A stretch of 62,752 bases of DNA, filler included, from 5 parts of 5 records of this genome joined end to end with filler, not necessarily neighbours in it, one strand, 5' to 3'; positions 40,346 through 56,668 are shown, counted from the first letter of the whole stretch. Notes: generated from the letters alone by a model not told the origin. Made by a program: numbers and translations.

Positions 40346-41748
40346 TATAAATCTCTAAAATCTGTTAACTTTCCTTTAATGGCTGCTGCCGCTGCCATTT
40401 GTGGACTCATTAAGTGTGTTCTTCCACCTCTTCCTTGTCTACCTTCGAAGTTTCTATTTGAAGTAGAAGCACATCTTTCTTGAGGTTGAAGCTTATCAGC
40501 ATTCATTGCTAAACACATAGAGCATCCTGGATCTCTCCAATCAAAACCTGCTTCTATAAAGATTTTATCTAAGCCTTCTTTTTCTGCTTGCTCTTTAACC
40601 AACCCAGAACCAGGAACAATCATTGCATGCACTGAGCCAGCAACTTTTCGGCCTTTAGCAATTTTTGAAACAGCTCTTAAGTCTTCAATTCTTCCATTAG
40701 TGCAAGAGCCAATAAAAACTTTATCTACTTTTATTTCACTAACTGGCGTGTTTGGCTCTAAGCCCATATAATCAAGAGCTCTTTCAATTGATTTCTTCTT
40801 ATCTAAATTTTTTTCATTCTTAGGATCTGGTACAAAGCCATCAATAGAGACCACATCTTCAGGACTTGTGCCCCAAGTAATTTGTGGAATAATTTCATCT
40901 GCATTTACTTCAACTATTTCATCATAATGAGCGCCATCATCTGTTGCTAGTGATTTCCAATACTCAACTGCGTCATCATATTTTTTTCCTGAAGGTGCTA
41001 GCGGTCTACCTTTTAAATATTCCCACGTAGTTTCATCAGGACTGATTAGTCCAGCTCTTGCCCCTGCCTCAATAGACATATTGCAAACAGTCATTCTACC
41101 TTCCATAGATAAATTTCTAATTGCTTCACCGGTATATTCAATTACATAGCCAGTTCCACCAGCAGTCCCTATTTTTCTAATAATGGCTAAAACTATGTCT
41201 TTTGCAGTAACGCCCTCTATGGCTTTGCCAGTGATTTTGATGCACATGTTTTTAGCTTTTGTCTGTATTAGGGTCTGAGTAGCAAGTGTATGTTCAACTT
41301 CTGATGTACCAATACCCCAAGCTAACGCGCCAAATGCACCATGAGTTGAAGTATGACTATCTCCACAAACTATGGTCATACCTGGCTGAGTAAAACCTTG
41401 CTCAGGACCAACGATATGAACTATTCCCTGTCTTTTGTCTGACATTGGCAAATAAGTAATATCATTCTCTTTTGCATTTTGTTCTAAAGTTTCAACTTGT
41501 AATTTTGAATCTGGATCAGCAATGCCTTTATCTCGATCTGCTGTTGGAACATTATGGTCCGCCGTAGCTAATGTAAACTCAGGCCGTCTAACCTTACGTC
41601 CAGATAGCCTTAATCCTTCAAATGCTTGCGGACTTGTTACCTCATGCACCAGATGTCTATCTATATAAAGGATTGTTGTTCCATCATCGTTAGTGGAAAC
41701 AACATGGCTTTCCCATATTTTATCGTAAATGGTTTTTTTATCAGTCAT
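40345..41748 (-). CDS. leuC: 3-isopropylmalate dehydratase large subunit
   Basis: [39 protein letters not shown]. Confidence 0.99.
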   Translation of the reverse strand: MTDKKTIYDKIWESHVVSTNDDGTTILYIDRHLVHEVTSPQAFEGLRLSGRKVRRPEFTLATADHNVPTADRDKGIADPDSKLQVETLEQNAKENDITYLPMSDKRQGIVHIVGPEQGFTQPGMTIVCGDSHTSTHGAFGALAWGIGTSEVEHTLATQTLIQTKAKNMCIKITGKAIEGVTAKDIVLAIIRKIGTAGGTGYVIEYTGEAIRNLSMEGRMTVCNMSIEAGARAGLISPDETTWEYLKGRPLAPSGKKYDDAVEYWKSLATDDGAHYDEIVEVNADEIIPQITWGTSPEDVVSIDGFVPDPKNEKNLDKKKSIERALDYMGLEPNTPVSEIKVDKVFIGSCTNGRIEDLRAVSKIAKGRKVAGSVHAMIVPGSGLVKEQAEKEGLDKIFIEAGFDWRDPGCSMCLAMNADKLQPQERCASTSNRNFEGRQGRGGRTHLMSPQMAAAAAIKGKLTDFRDL

Positions 41749-41791
41749 ATTAATAATGTGAATGTTAAAGTATTATTTAACACTAGAAAAA

Positions 41792-42352
41792 TTACTGATC
41801 TTTAGACTCTTCTTCAGCAGGAGTTTCTTCTACTGTTTTTTCCTCAGCAGGAGTTTCTTGAGCTGGTGCTTCTTCAGAAGCCTCTGCCTCTACTGCTACC
41901 GCCTCTTCAGAAGCAGTTTCTTCAGTCAGGTCTTCTTCTAAATATTCAATTTCTTCTTCATAAGTAAACTGACTTGCTAAATCTGGTTGTTTAGCTCTAA
42001 TGCGCTCGACAATTCTTGCTTTTTTCCCAGTTAAATTTCTTAGGTAGTAAAGCTTAGCTCTTCTTACAGAGCCACTTCTGACTAGGACAACTGAATCTAC
42101 AGACGGGCTGAATATTGGAAAAACTCTTTCAACACCTTCACCAAATGAGATCTTTCTCACGGTAAAAGTTGAACTTAAACCACGATTACGTCTTCCTATG
42201 CATACACCTTCAAATGCCTGAATTCTCTCTCTAGCACCCTCACGTACCTTAACATTAACTCGTACAGTGTCACCTGGGTGAAACTGTGCAACTTTTTTGT
42301 TTTTGATCAATCCTTTGATCTGTGTATTTTCAAAATCTTCAATAATATTCAT
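41792..42352 (-). CDS. rplS: 50S ribosomal protein L19 with acidic C-terminal extension
   Basis: [33 protein letters not shown]. Confidence 0.97.
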   Translation of the reverse strand: MNIIEDFENTQIKGLIKNKKVAQFHPGDTVRVNVKVREGARERIQAFEGVCIGRRNRGLSSTFTVRKISFGEGVERVFPIFSPSVDSVVLVRSGSVRRAKLYYLRNLTGKKARIVERIRAKQPDLASQFTYEEEIEYLEEDLTEETASEEAVAVEAEASEEAPAQETPAEEKTVEETPAEEESKDQ

Positions 42353-42385
42353 GGTTTACTCCGATGGGGTGTTTTAATACTTTAT

Positions 42386-43108
42386 TTATTTAATGTCTTG
42401 TTTTTTTTTGTGTTTTTCCCACAAATCAGGACGATTTTTTTTTGTAAGCTTTTTAGACATATCTTTTCTCCATGCATCTATTTTCTTATGATTGCCTGAG
42501 TTCAAAACCTGAGGAATTTCAATGTTTTTCCATATCCTCGGTCTTGTGTATTGAGGATATTCAAGTAAATCAGAGCTAAAAGATTCATTGTTTAAAGACT
42601 CAGAATCTCCCAATACGCCTGGAATTAATCTAATTATGGCTTCTAATGTAGCTTGAGCAGCTATTTCACCACCAGCTAAAATGAAGTCACCAAGACTTAC
42701 TTCCTCAATTTTATATTTATCTAATGCCCGCTGATCAACACCTTCGTAACGACCACATAATAAAATTATTCCATCATTCTTTGAAAGTTTTTTAACTTTT
42801 GATTGTGTTAAAGGTTTACCACGCGGTGATAAATATATTATTGGCATCTTTTTTTTATCTTTTATATTTTTTAGGCTCTTGTCTATTGCACCACTAAGTA
42901 CATCGGCTTTTAAAATCATACCAGGTCCACCACCCGCTGTAGTATCATCAACTTTATTATGATTACCTTTACCAAAATTTCTTATATCAATAGTCTGAAG
43001 TTTCCATAATTTGTTTTTGAATGCTTTGCCAATAACCCCTAAACCTAAAGTTCCTGGAAAACTATCAGGAAATAAAGTTATAACTTTTATACTAAATATT
43101 TTTTTCAT
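42386..43108 (-). CDS. trmD: tRNA (guanine-N1)-methyltransferase
   Basis: VDD...GGGPGM, SPRG, CGRYEGVD.R, LEYPQYTRP; start set at MKKIF. Confidence 0.97.
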   Translation of the reverse strand: MKKIFSIKVITLFPDSFPGTLGLGVIGKAFKNKLWKLQTIDIRNFGKGNHNKVDDTTAGGGPGMILKADVLSGAIDKSLKNIKDKKKMPIIYLSPRGKPLTQSKVKKLSKNDGIILLCGRYEGVDQRALDKYKIEEVSLGDFILAGGEIAAQATLEAIIRLIPGVLGDSESLNNESFSSDLLEYPQYTRPRIWKNIEIPQVLNSGNHKKIDAWRKDMSKKLTKKNRPDLWEKHKKKQDIK

Positions 43109-43610
43109 CAAAGTAGCCTTCAATATTTTTAACTAAAATTTTATTTTCTGATAACTTAATTTGATTTATAAATTTCTCATTTAAAGAAATTAGTATTGTT
43201 ACATTATTGTCATCTTTAATTTCAATTACATCATCTGATCCATAATTATCAACTGATATTACTTTTCCTAAGAAGATATTATTTTCATTATAGACCTTCA
43301 TATTAATAAGATCATGAAAGTAGAATTTTTCACTACTATCTAAGTTAGGTAATATTTCACGATCTACAAATATTAATGCACCTCTTATTTCTTCCACTGC
43401 TTCTTTCGTGGCTATGTTTTCACAACTAACCACAAACATATCTTTAGCATTTTTTATCTTAGTTATTCTAATGCCTGTAAATTTACTACCTATAGATACT
43501 GGGCCATATTTAAAAAAATTATCTTTTTTTTCTGTAAAAGATTTAATCTTAAATTGACCCTTGAAACCCGATGGAGAAACTACCTCACCAATAGCAACTT
43601 TATTATTCAT
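43092..43610 (-). CDS. rimM: Ribosome maturation factor RimM
   Basis: IGEV..P.G.KG, FYFHDLI, NYGSDDVIEI; position before trmD. Confidence 0.93.
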   Translation of the reverse strand: MNNKVAIGEVVSPSGFKGQFKIKSFTEKKDNFFKYGPVSIGSKFTGIRITKIKNAKDMFVVSCENIATKEAVEEIRGALIFVDREILPNLDSSEKFYFHDLINMKVYNENNIFLGKVISVDNYGSDDVIEIKDDNNVTILISLNEKFINQIKLSENKILVKNIEGYFDEKNI

Positions 43611-43624
43611 TTATCAATTAGGTA

Positions 43625-43669
43625 TTATTTTTCCTCATTTTCTACTGCTGGAGCTTCCTCTGCTGCTGG
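43625..43669 (-). CDS. Probable C-terminal tail of ribosomal protein S16 (cut by contig end)
   Basis: Reads PAAEEAPAVENEEK*; identity inferred only from the rpsP-rimM-trmD-rplS order. Confidence 0.55.
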   Translation of the reverse strand, partial: PAAEEAPAVENEEK

Positions 43670-43670
43670 A

Positions 43671-43770
43671 NNNNNNNNNNNNNNNNNNNNNNNNNNNNNN
43701 NNNNNNNNNNNNNNTTAATTAATTAANNNNNNNNNNNNNNNNNNNNNNNNNNNNNNNNNNNNNNNNNNNN
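43671..43770. other. Artificial contig linker
   Basis: N-run, TTAATTAATTAA, N-run; sharp GC increase after it. Confidence 0.97.
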
Positions 43771-43947
43771 ACGCTCTTGCTCTTGCTCCATCCAATCCAT
43801 GGTCGCATTGCCGTCATGCACTTCACCGATCTTGTGCGACCGGCCTGTGTAATAAAGAATCCGCTCAGTCGCAGTGGTCTTGCCAGCATCAATATGCGCC
43901 ATGATGCCGAAATTGCGATAACGATCTAAAGTGTATTCGCGTGCCAT
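43771..43947 (-). CDS. fusA: Elongation factor G, N-terminal fragment
   Basis: [27 protein letters not shown]. Confidence 0.97.
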
Positions 43948-43969
43948 GATCTAGCTCCTACTAACTCAA

Positions 43970-44452
<483 letters not shown>

Positions 44453-44824
44453 TTACTTAGGACGCTTGGCGCCATATTTCGAACGACGCTGGCGACGATC
44501 ACTGACGCCCTGTGTGTCCAAAGTACCGCGAATGATGTGGTAACGCACACCCGGAAGGTCTTTTACACGACCGCCGCGAATCATCACCACTGAGTGTTCC
44601 TGCAAATTATGCCCTTCACCAGGGATATAGCTGGATACTTCAAACCCATTGGTAAGACGCACACGGGCGACCTTACGAAGCGCCGAGTTCGGCTTCTTCG
44701 GTGTTGTTGTGTACACTCTGGTGCATACGCCACGTTTTTGTGGACATGCTTCCATAGCCGGAACTTTGGTACGTGCTACCGGACGCTTGCGCCCGTGACG
44801 GATCAACTGGTTAATCGTTGGCAT
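44453..44824 (-). CDS. rpsL: 30S ribosomal protein S12
   Basis: [28 protein letters not shown]. Confidence 0.99.
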   Translation of the reverse strand: MPTINQLIRHGRKRPVARTKVPAMEACPQKRGVCTRVYTTTPKKPNSALRKVARVRLTNGFEVSSYIPGEGHNLQEHSVVMIRGGRVKDLPGVRYHIIRGTLDTQGVSDRRQRRSKYGAKRPK

Positions 44825-44980
44825 TCCTGCCCCTTTTTTCTCGACCTAAACGCACAAAACGTGCACCAGGGCAGCTCTGCTCTAACTATATTATGAGCAG
44901 AACACCCATCCCTCTCCGCTGGCGGAGCCTCATTTTCGACACCTAATATTCTGACCTAGCGTCTAGATCGACCACTGTTT
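44825..44980 (-). promoter_or_regulatory. Structured 5' leader of rpsL
   Basis: Hairpins at 44953-44969, 44914-44927, 44876-44901 and 44852-44864, plus a helix 44869-44874/44827-44832 covering the RBS region. Confidence 0.55.
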
Positions 44981-45093
44981 TGCAGCAGGGTGATCCACCA
45001 CCTAAATCCAAAAGGTTGCCGGATACTATTTTTTGCAGGGCGAACGGTCAAGCGGTTTTTACGCCTTCCCCTCGGTTATCCGCATTTTTTTTC

Positions 45094-45128
45094 ATTCGCC
45101 GCCAAATTCACGGTATCTGGCGGCGAAT
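45094..45128. terminator. Strong hairpin directly after the rpoC stop
   Basis: ATTCGCCGCCA...TGGCGGCGAAT 11-bp stem; no U-tract on the rpoC strand, so it may be a stabilising or pause hairpin. Confidence 0.5.
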
Positions 45129-45130
45129 TC

Positions 45131-49321
<4,191 letters not shown>

Positions 49322-49380
49322 CTATTTATCTCCCCAACATTAGTTGGTGTCGTGTGAGCCAATTGCGGATAGGTCAGCCA

Positions 49381-49406
49381 GACCAGCCCTGATAAAAAGG
49401 CTGGTC
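49381..49406. other. Hairpin in rpoB-rpoC spacer
   Basis: GACCAGCC...GGCTGGTC inverted repeat. Confidence 0.55.
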
Positions 49407-49416
49407 GGATGCCGGT

Positions 49417-52400
49417 TTAATATTCAGCCTCATGAAGATCCACATTCAAGCCAAGCGAGCGAAGCTCTTTGACAAGAACATTAAAGGATTCCGGAATGCC
49501 AGACTCAAAATCATCATCGCCGCGAACGATCGCTTCATAAACCTTGGTACGGCCTGAAACATCATCCGATTTGACAGTAAGCATTTCCTGCAAGGTGTAG
49601 GCAGCGCCATAGGCTTCAAGCGCCCAGACTTCCATCTCACCAAAGCGCTGGCCGCCGAATTGCGCCTTACCACCAAGCGGCTGCTGGGTAACAAGCGAAT
49701 AAGGACCAATCGAACGCGCATGGATCTTGTCATCGACAAGGTGATGCAGCTTCAACATATAGATGTAACCAACGGTCACTTGCCGGTCAAAGACCTCACC
49801 AGTACGGCCATCGGTCAACCATTCCTGTCCGGTATGGCTAAGATTTGCCATGCCAAGAAGCGAAATGACATCGGCTTCACGCGCACCGTCAAACACTGGC
49901 GTGCCCATTGGAACGCCACGCGCCAAAATACCTGCCTGTTCGATGATCTGGTCATCATCCATAACAGCCAATTCAGCATCATATTGTTCTTTGCTGTAGA
50001 TATCGGCCAGCATTTTGCGGATTGGCTTGGTGTCGAGATTGGCGCGTGCCGCTTCGGCGGCAGCACCAACCTGTTTACCAAGGCCGCGCGCGGCCCAGCC
50101 AAGATGCGTTTCCAGAATCTGTCCAACATTCATTCGGGATGGAACGCCAAGCGGGTTCAACACGATATCAACTGGTGTTCCATCATCGAGATATGGCATA
50201 TCCTCCATTGGCACGATGCGTGAAATCACACCCTTGTTACCATGACGACCAGCCATTTTATCACCCGGCTGAAGCTTGCGCTTAATCGCCACAAAGACTT
50301 TGACCATCTTCATAACTCCAGGCAGCAATTCATCACCGCCCTGCAGCTTGTCTACCTTGTCGGTAAAACGCGCCTGCAATGCCGCAACGGCGGTTTCAAA
50401 ATTGGCAATCTGTGCTTCGACCAGCTTTTGAACCGCATCATCCTTGACCGCAATCTGCTGCCATTGTGATTTTGGCAATTCGTCAAGAATTTCTTGGCTC
50501 AGCTTGGTACCGGCTTTCATGCCTTTTGGTCCGCTTGCAAGGGTTTGCCCCTCGAAAAGCTCACTCATCCGGCCTTGGAAACCACGCTCTAGAATTGCCC
50601 GCTCGTCATCACGGTCTTTTCCAAGACGGTCAATTTCAGCGCGGTCAATGGCCAAGGCGCGTTCGTCTTTTTCAACGCCGCGGCGCGAGAAGACACGAAC
50701 CTCAACAATGGTACCCGACCCGCCCGGTGGCAGTTTAAGTGATGTGTCACGGACGTCAGATGCTTTTTCACCAAAAATGGCACGAAGCAGCTTTTCTTCC
50801 GGTGTCATTGGTGACTCGCCCTTTGGCGTGACTTTACCAACAAGAATATCACCCGGTCCAACTTCGGCACCGACATAAACAATACCGGCCTCATCCAGAT
50901 TTTTCAGGGCTTCTTCACCAACATTCGGGATATCACGGGTGATTTCTTCCTGACCAAGCTTGGTATCACGCGCCATGACCTCATATTCCTCAATATGGAT
51001 CGAGGTAAAGACGTCATCACGAACGATACGCTCAGAAATCAGGATTGAATCCTCAAAATTGTAACCATTCCATGGCATGAAGGCCACCAGCACGTTACGA
51101 CCAAGCGCCAATTCACCATCTTCGGTTGATGGGCCATCAGCAATGATATCACCGCGGCGAACCGTGTCACCCACTTTAACAAGCGGGCGCTGGTTGACCG
51201 TTGTGTTCTGGTTTGAACGCTGGAATTTCAGCAGGCTGTAGATATCGACTGGCGAGTCATTGACTTCGGTATCTTCACTGGCACGAACCACGACGCGCGT
51301 TGCATCAACCTGATCAATTACACCGGCGCGGCGGGCAACGATTGTTACGCCTGAATCACGCGCAACCCGTGCTTCCATGCCGGTACCAACGATTGGTGCT
51401 TCGGCGCGCAAAAGCGGAACTGCCTGACGCTGCATGTTTGATCCCATCAGAGCGCGGTTCGCATCGTCATTCTCAAGGAACGGGATCAAGGCGGCGGCAA
51501 CTGAAACCAACTGTTTCGGCGACACATCCATCAATTCAATATCGGTTGGACGGGCAAGACCAATGTCGCCTGACCGGCGAACAGGGATCAATTCACCAAC
51601 AAATTTATTGTCACCATCTAATTCGGCATTCGCCTGCGCGATTGTATAGCGGCCTTCTTCCATTGCCGAAATATAACGCACTTCGGCGGTAACCTTGCCA
51701 TCAACAACCTTGCGATAAGGTGTTTCGATAAAGCCATAGCGGTTGATCTTGGCAAAGGTAGCCAATGAGTTGATCAAACCAATATTTGGGCCTTCAGGGG
51801 TTTCAATCGGGCAGATACGGCCATAATGCGTCGGATGCACATCGCGCACCTCAAAGCCCGCACGTTCACGGGTCAAACCACCCGGCCCAAGAGCCGAAAC
51901 ACGACGTTTATGGGTAATTTCAGACAAAGGATTAGTCTGATCCATAAATTGCGACAATTGCGATGAGCCGAAAAATTCACGAACCGCAGCGGCGGCTGGC
52001 TTGGCATTAATCAGATCGGCAGGCATTACCGTGTCAATCTCGACTGATCCCATCCGTTCGCGAATAGCCCGCTCCATACGAAGCAAGCCGATGCGATACT
52101 GATTTTCCATCAACTCACCAACCGAGCGCACGCGGCGGTTGCCAAGGTGGTCGATATCGTCAATGTCGCCCTGACCGTCTTTCAAGCCGACAAGGACTTT
52201 CAGAATGGCCATCACATCCTGCTTGCGCAGAACACGAAGATTGTCGTCGGTTTCCATTTCAAGGCGTGAATTCATCTTCACGCGGCCAACCGATGACAAA
52301 TCATAGCGGTCAGAATTAAAGAACAAGCTCTGGAACAGGCCGTGTGAGCTTTCCAATGTTGGCGGCTCACCCGGACGCATGACACGGTAAATATCGACCA

Positions 52401-53595
52401 GCGCTTCTTCACGGCAGGTATTGCGATCGGCGGCAAGTGTATTGCGAAGATGCGGGCCGTAATTCACATTATCGATGAATAGGATGCTGATTTCTTTGGT
52501 ACCATTTGCCTCAAACTTGGCTAATAGATCTTCGGTAATCTCGTCACCAGCTTCGGCAAAGACTTCGCCGGTGGTCATGTTAACAACATCTACAGCGGCA
52601 AACCGGCCAAGAAGATCAGAATCGCCAACAAGAACCGCCTTCACACCGGCTTCAGCCAGCTTTTTCAGCGAGCGCGGGGTCATTTTTGCACCAGCGCTAG
52701 CAATGACCTTTTTGGTTTTTGCATCAACCAAATCACGGATCAGCTTGCTGCCTTTCAGTGACTCAACATCAAAATCATAGGCCCAGCCGTCACCTTGGCG
52801 GCGATAGGTCACTGACTTGTAGAAATGACCAAGAATTTCTTCACGGCTCATGCCAACAATCTTGCCCGGGTCAACGGCGTCGCCGCTTTCCGCACAGCCG
52901 TCAAGATAGGCAAGCGATTCATCATCAGGGAGTGCCATCATGAAGGTTGTTGCCGGCAGCTTGCGCTTGCGGTCAATCCGTACATTCAAAATGTCTTTGG
53001 CATCAAATTCAAAATCCAGCCAAGACCCGCGATAAGGGATGACGCGCGCGGCAAATAGCAATTTGCCAGATGCGTGGGTTTTGCCACGGTCGTGGTCGAA
53101 AAACACGCCCGGCGAACGGTGCATCTGCGAGACGATAACGCGCTCGGTGCCATTAACGATAAAGGTACCGTTCGATGTCATCAAAGGCATATCGCCCATA
53201 TAGACATCCTGTTCCTTGATATCACGAATCGAGCGTGAACCGGTGTCTTCATTTTCTTCCCAGACAACAAGGCGAAGCGTGACGCGAAGCGGTGAGGCAT
53301 AGGTCAAACCGCGCTGCTGGCATTCTTCAACATCATATTTTGGGGTCTCAAGGTCATAAGAGACAAATTCAAGAATTGACCGTCCGGCAAAATCCTCGAT
53401 CGGAAAGACCGATTTGAACGTTTCCTGCAAACCAAGGCCAGCACGCTCATGCGCGGCCACATCCATCTGCAAGAAGGTATCGTAGCTGGAACGCTGAACA
53501 TCAATAAGATTGGGCATTGGGGTCACTTCTTCAAGTTGACCGAAAGTGCGACGTACCCGTTTGCGGCTGTCCAGAGTGCTTACATGCGATGCCAT
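49417..53595 (-). CDS. rpoB: RNA polymerase beta subunit
   Basis: [32 protein letters not shown]; start set at MASHV after a GAGGG SD. Confidence 0.99.
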   Translation of the reverse strand: MASHVSTLDSRKRVRRTFGQLEEVTPMPNLIDVQRSSYDTFLQMDVAAHERAGLGLQETFKSVFPIEDFAGRSILEFVSYDLETPKYDVEECQQRGLTYASPLRVTLRLVVWEENEDTGSRSIRDIKEQDVYMGDMPLMTSNGTFIVNGTERVIVSQMHRSPGVFFDHDRGKTHASGKLLFAARVIPYRGSWLDFEFDAKDILNVRIDRKRKLPATTFMMALPDDESLAYLDGCAESGDAVDPGKIVGMSREEILGHFYKSVTYRRQGDGWAYDFDVESLKGSKLIRDLVDAKTKKVIASAGAKMTPRSLKKLAEAGVKAVLVGDSDLLGRFAAVDVVNMTTGEVFAEAGDEITEDLLAKFEANGTKEISILFIDNVNYGPHLRNTLAADRNTCREEALVDIYRVMRPGEPPTLESSHGLFQSLFFNSDRYDLSSVGRVKMNSRLEMETDDNLRVLRKQDVMAILKVLVGLKDGQGDIDDIDHLGNRRVRSVGELMENQYRIGLLRMERAIRERMGSVEIDTVMPADLINAKPAAAAVREFFGSSQLSQFMDQTNPLSEITHKRRVSALGPGGLTRERAGFEVRDVHPTHYGRICPIETPEGPNIGLINSLATFAKINRYGFIETPYRKVVDGKVTAEVRYISAMEEGRYTIAQANAELDGDNKFVGELIPVRRSGDIGLARPTDIELMDVSPKQLVSVAAALIPFLENDDANRALMGSNMQRQAVPLLRAEAPIVGTGMEARVARDSGVTIVARRAGVIDQVDATRVVVRASEDTEVNDSPVDIYSLLKFQRSNQNTTVNQRPLVKVGDTVRRGDIIADGPSTEDGELALGRNVLVAFMPWNGYNFEDSILISERIVRDDVFTSIHIEEYEVMARDTKLGQEEITRDIPNVGEEALKNLDEAGIVYVGAEVGPGDILVGKVTPKGESPMTPEEKLLRAIFGEKASDVRDTSLKLPPGGSGTIVEVRVFSRRGVEKDERALAIDRAEIDRLGKDRDDERAILERGFQGRMSELFEGQTLASGPKGMKAGTKLSQEILDELPKSQWQQIAVKDDAVQKLVEAQIANFETAVAALQARFTDKVDKLQGGDELLPGVMKMVKVFVAIKRKLQPGDKMAGRHGNKGVISRIVPMEDMPYLDDGTPVDIVLNPLGVPSRMNVGQILETHLGWAARGLGKQVGAAAEAARANLDTKPIRKMLADIYSKEQYDAELAVMDDDQIIEQAGILARGVPMGTPVFDGAREADVISLLGMANLSHTGQEWLTDGRTGEVFDRQVTVGYIYMLKLHHLVDDKIHARSIGPYSLVTQQPLGGKAQFGGQRFGEMEVWALEAYGAAYTLQEMLTVKSDDVSGRTKVYEAIVRGDDDFESGIPESFNVLVKELRSLGLNVDLHEAEY

Positions 53596-53704
53596 CAGTG
53601 ATCCCTCGTCAAAATTCCAGCTGCCAGTGACCAAATTTGATAGCCATCGGCGCTTTTTAAATGGGTTTCGGACCGGTTAAAAAACCGCCGATTATTAAAC
53701 GACC

Positions 53705-53736
53705 TTGCACCGGACAGCCGAAACCGCCCGGTGCAA
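53705..53736 (-). terminator. Hairpin in rplL-rpoB spacer (attenuator or processing-site candidate)
   Basis: TTGCACCGG...CCGGTGCAA stem with a TTCG loop on the minus strand. Confidence 0.55.
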
Positions 53737-53775
53737 AATATTTTAGACAGCTAAGAAACCAGCTGTGCTGCCAAG

Positions 53776-53948
53776 TTATTTAACTTCGACAGTTGCGCCA
53801 GCTTCTTCAAGCTTTGCTTTGATCTGCTCGGCTTCGTCCTTAGACACGCCTTCTTTAACAGCCTTTGGTGCGCCTTCAACCAGATCTTTGGCTTCTTTCA
53901 GGCCAAGACCGGTGATGGTGCGGACTTCTTTAATGACGTTGATCTTTG
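53776..53948 (-). CDS. rplL: 50S ribosomal protein L7/L12, C-terminal fragment
   Basis: [28 protein letters not shown]...[11 protein letters not shown]. Confidence 0.98.
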
Positions 53949-54048
53949 NNNNNNNNNNNNNNNNNNNNNNNNNNNNNNNNNNNNNNNNNNNNTTAATTAA
54001 TTAANNNNNNNNNNNNNNNNNNNNNNNNNNNNNNNNNNNNNNNNNNNN
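53949..54048. other. Artificial contig linker
   Basis: N-run, TTAATTAATTAA, N-run. Confidence 0.97.
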
Positions 54049-54446
54049 TCGTCATGTTCGTCATGTTCGTCATGTTCGCCTTGGTTTTCAAACAGGGCCC
54101 CTTTGCGAAATGATAATTGAACCACGCCCGCTTGTTCGCCTAAGGCCACCGCGATAGGCGCTTGTGCAAGAGAGGCTTGCGCCTTTTCCAACCAAGGGGT
54201 TAACCCTTCACCAATCCAAAAAATAATATCAGCCTGTCCAAGGTCGCGCCTTTGCGAAGGGCGTAGCGCGAAATTATGCGGAGAATCATTGCCACGCAGC
54301 AGAAGCTTTGGCGTGCCTACGCCCTGCATCACGCTGCTGACAAGGCTGAAAACTGGTGGGATATCCACGACGATATTTGGCACATCTGCCCGCACTCCGC
54401 TAGCGCTGACAAGCAGAGCGGTGGCTAAAATTGGTAATCGGCGCAT
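54049..54446 (-). CDS. znuA: Zinc ABC transporter substrate-binding protein, N-terminal part
   Basis: Signal peptide, VVDIPPV.SLV, SPHNFALRPS, start of a His/Asp/Glu-rich loop at the contig break. Confidence 0.93.
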
Positions 54447-54459
54447 AGGAGTCTTTCTT

Positions 54460-54505
54460 TGTAATATTATAACATCGTTCACTCCTTATTTGTTACAGAA
54501 TAACA
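54460..54505. promoter_or_regulatory. Two Zur-box-like palindromes between znuA and zur
   Basis: TGTAATATTATAACA (54460-54474) and TGTTACAGAATAACA (54491-54505) resemble the proteobacterial Zur core TGTTATA-n-TATAACA. Confidence 0.75.
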
Positions 54506-54558
54506 TATCAAGAGGAATTGGCATTGGAATGCGCAAATTACTTTAGTACACAGGCAGG

Positions 54559-55038
54559 ATGAATTTAGGATTCCACAAACACGATCATGCCGCCTGTATC
54601 AGCGAGGGGGTGGCCCGCGCGGATGCGCTTTGCGTTGAAGAGGGCGTTCAATTCACCCCAGTGCGAAAGCGGGTGTTAGAGTTGCTCTTGCAGGCGCATC
54701 GGGCGATGGGGGCGTATCAAATACTGGATCAGTTACGCGAAGATGGCTTTAAGCATCAGCCGCCGGTAGCCTATCGGGCGCTTGATTTTTTGGTGGCGCG
54801 CGGCTTTGCGCATAAAATTGAAAAGCTGAACGCCTTTATTGCTTGCGCGCATCTTGGGTTGCACCACTCGCCAGCGTTTTTGATTTGTCGGCGCTGCGCG
54901 TCGGTTGCCGAAACGCGCGTGGATGAAACCCGCGGCCCGTTAAGCGATGTGGCGAACTCGGCAGGGTTTGTAATCGAAAAAGCGGTGATCGAAGCCGAAG
55001 GAATTTGTCCAAATTGTCTGACTGATCAACCGGAATGA
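54559..55038 (+). CDS. zur: Zinc uptake regulator (Fur family)
   Basis: HDHAAC, TPVRKRVLELL, PPVAYRALDFL, CRRC and CPNC. Confidence 0.93.
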   Translation: MNLGFHKHDHAACISEGVARADALCVEEGVQFTPVRKRVLELLLQAHRAMGAYQILDQLREDGFKHQPPVAYRALDFLVARGFAHKIEKLNAFIACAHLGLHHSPAFLICRRCASVAETRVDETRGPLSDVANSAGFVIEKAVIEAEGICPNCLTDQPE

Positions 55039-55862
55039 GCTTGATTACGGCAAAAAACCTGAGCGTTGCGTTGAATGGCCGAACGGTTCTGCAAAACGTT
55101 GATCTCAGCATTTCATCGGCCGAAATCCTCACTGTTATTGGCCCCAACGGGTCAGGAAAAACCACCTTGCTGCGCAGCCTTATTGGCTCAATAACTCCGC
55201 TGAAAGGCGCTTTAACCCGGCAAGCTGGCTTGCGCATTGGCTATGTGCCGCAAAAGCTTCATATCGATGCGACCTTACCGCTGACTGTCAGCCGGTTTAT
55301 GGCGCTGCCACGCCGGGTGCCGGCCAAAGATCTTGAGGCGGCGGCGGCGCAGGCGGGGCTGGGGCATGTTTCGCAGGCGCAGTTATCACAGCTGTCTGGT
55401 GGACAATTTCAGCGCGTTTTATTGGCGCGCGCGCTGTTATGCCGCCCGCAGCTGTTAATTTTGGATGAGCCGACGCAAGGTTTGGATCATTCTGGAGCAG
55501 CTGCTTTTTATCGGCAAATAGAAACGGTACGGCAAAATACTGGCTGCGCAGTGCTGTTGGTGAGCCATGATTTGCACGTTGTGATGGCGGCCTCTGATCG
55601 GGTGATTTGTTTGAACGGGCATGTCTGCTGCCAAGGAAGCCCCGAGCAGGTTGCCTCGAGCCCTGAATATCAAACGCTTTTTGGGGCCTCAACAGATGGT
55701 GCGATGGCGCTTTACCGCCATGAGCACGATCATGACCATGACCATGACCATGAGCATGACGATCACCACGATCATCACCATAATGATCATCCGCGCGGGC
55801 CGGTTGCGACAGTTACGGGGCCAAGGGTTGCGCCCGATGCCAATGCCAAAGAGCTGGCCTGA
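55035..55862 (+). CDS. znuC: Zinc ABC transporter ATPase with His-rich tail
   Basis: GPNGSGKTT, LSGGQFQR, LDEP, CLNGHVCC.G.P, His/Asp-rich C-terminus. Confidence 0.95.
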   Translation: MSLITAKNLSVALNGRTVLQNVDLSISSAEILTVIGPNGSGKTTLLRSLIGSITPLKGALTRQAGLRIGYVPQKLHIDATLPLTVSRFMALPRRVPAKDLEAAAAQAGLGHVSQAQLSQLSGGQFQRVLLARALLCRPQLLILDEPTQGLDHSGAAAFYRQIETVRQNTGCAVLLVSHDLHVVMAASDRVICLNGHVCCQGSPEQVASSPEYQTLFGASTDGAMALYRHEHDHDHDHDHEHDDHHDHHHNDHPRGPVATVTGPRVAPDANAKELA

Positions 55863-56668
55863 TGGAGATGTTTGACGCCTTTTTGGTAAGGGCGATCTTG
55901 GCGGGTGTGGCATTGTCTTTGGCGGCTGCGCCGCTTGGCTGTTTTGTGGTTTGGCGGCGGATGGCGTATTTCGGCGATGCCACAGCGCATGCCTCAATCT
56001 TGGGTGTGGCCCTGTCTTTGGCGTTTGCACTGCCGGTGTTTATTGGCGTTTTGCTGATTGCGCTTGCAATGGCGCTGGCGATTTCTGCGCTGCAGGCCCG
56101 CGGTCAAACATTAGATACGTTGCTTGGGGTGATGGCGCATTCAACGTTGGCTTTGGGCTTGGTGACGGTGTCGTTTTTCTCGGATGTGCGGATCGATCTG
56201 ATGGCCTATCTTTTCGGGGATATTCTATCGGTTGCTTGGTCCGATTTTCTGTGGATCGGCCTTGGTCTTTTCCTCGTGGTCGGGTTGCTTGGGTGGCGCT
56301 GGTCGGCCTTGCTGACCTGCACTTTGAACCGCGATTTGGCGCAGGCTGAAGGGATTAACCCCAAGCGTGAGCAATTGGTATTGACCCTGGCCTTGGCCCT
56401 TATTGTGGCGTTGGGCATTCAAATTGTCGGAGCCATCCTCATCGCGGCTTTGTTGATTATTCCAGCAGCTGCGGCGCGTAATTTTGCAAATACACCTGAA
56501 GCGATGGCCTTGATCGCGGCGGCGTTTGGTGCTTGTGCAACGCTTGGCGGTCTTGCGGCCTCATTGCATTGGGATACACCAACCGGCCCCAGCATTATTT
56601 GCTGTGCGGCGGCGTTGTTCTTTACATCAACATTGCTAGGCGCCTTGCGCGGGCGTGGTTTGTCTTAA
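55862..56668 (+). CDS. znuB: Zinc ABC transporter permease
   Basis: GCFVVWRRMAYFGDA..H, YLFGDIL, LLIIPAAAAR, DTPTGPSI. Confidence 0.96.
   Translation: MEMFDAFLVRAILAGVALSLAAAPLGCFVVWRRMAYFGDATAHASILGVALSLAFALPVFIGVLLIALAMALAISALQARGQTLDTLLGVMAHSTLALGLVTVSFFSDVRIDLMAYLFGDILSVAWSDFLWIGLGLFLVVGLLGWRWSALLTCTLNRDLAQAEGINPKREQLVLTLALALIVALGIQIVGAILIAALLIIPAAAARNFANTPEAMALIAAAFGACATLGGLAASLHWDTPTGPSIICCAAALFFTSTLLGALRGRGLS

Noticed and set aside
55718..55790. Short tandem repeats as a CRISPR-like array
   Set aside because: In-frame His/Asp codon repeats within znuC; no spacers and no cas genes
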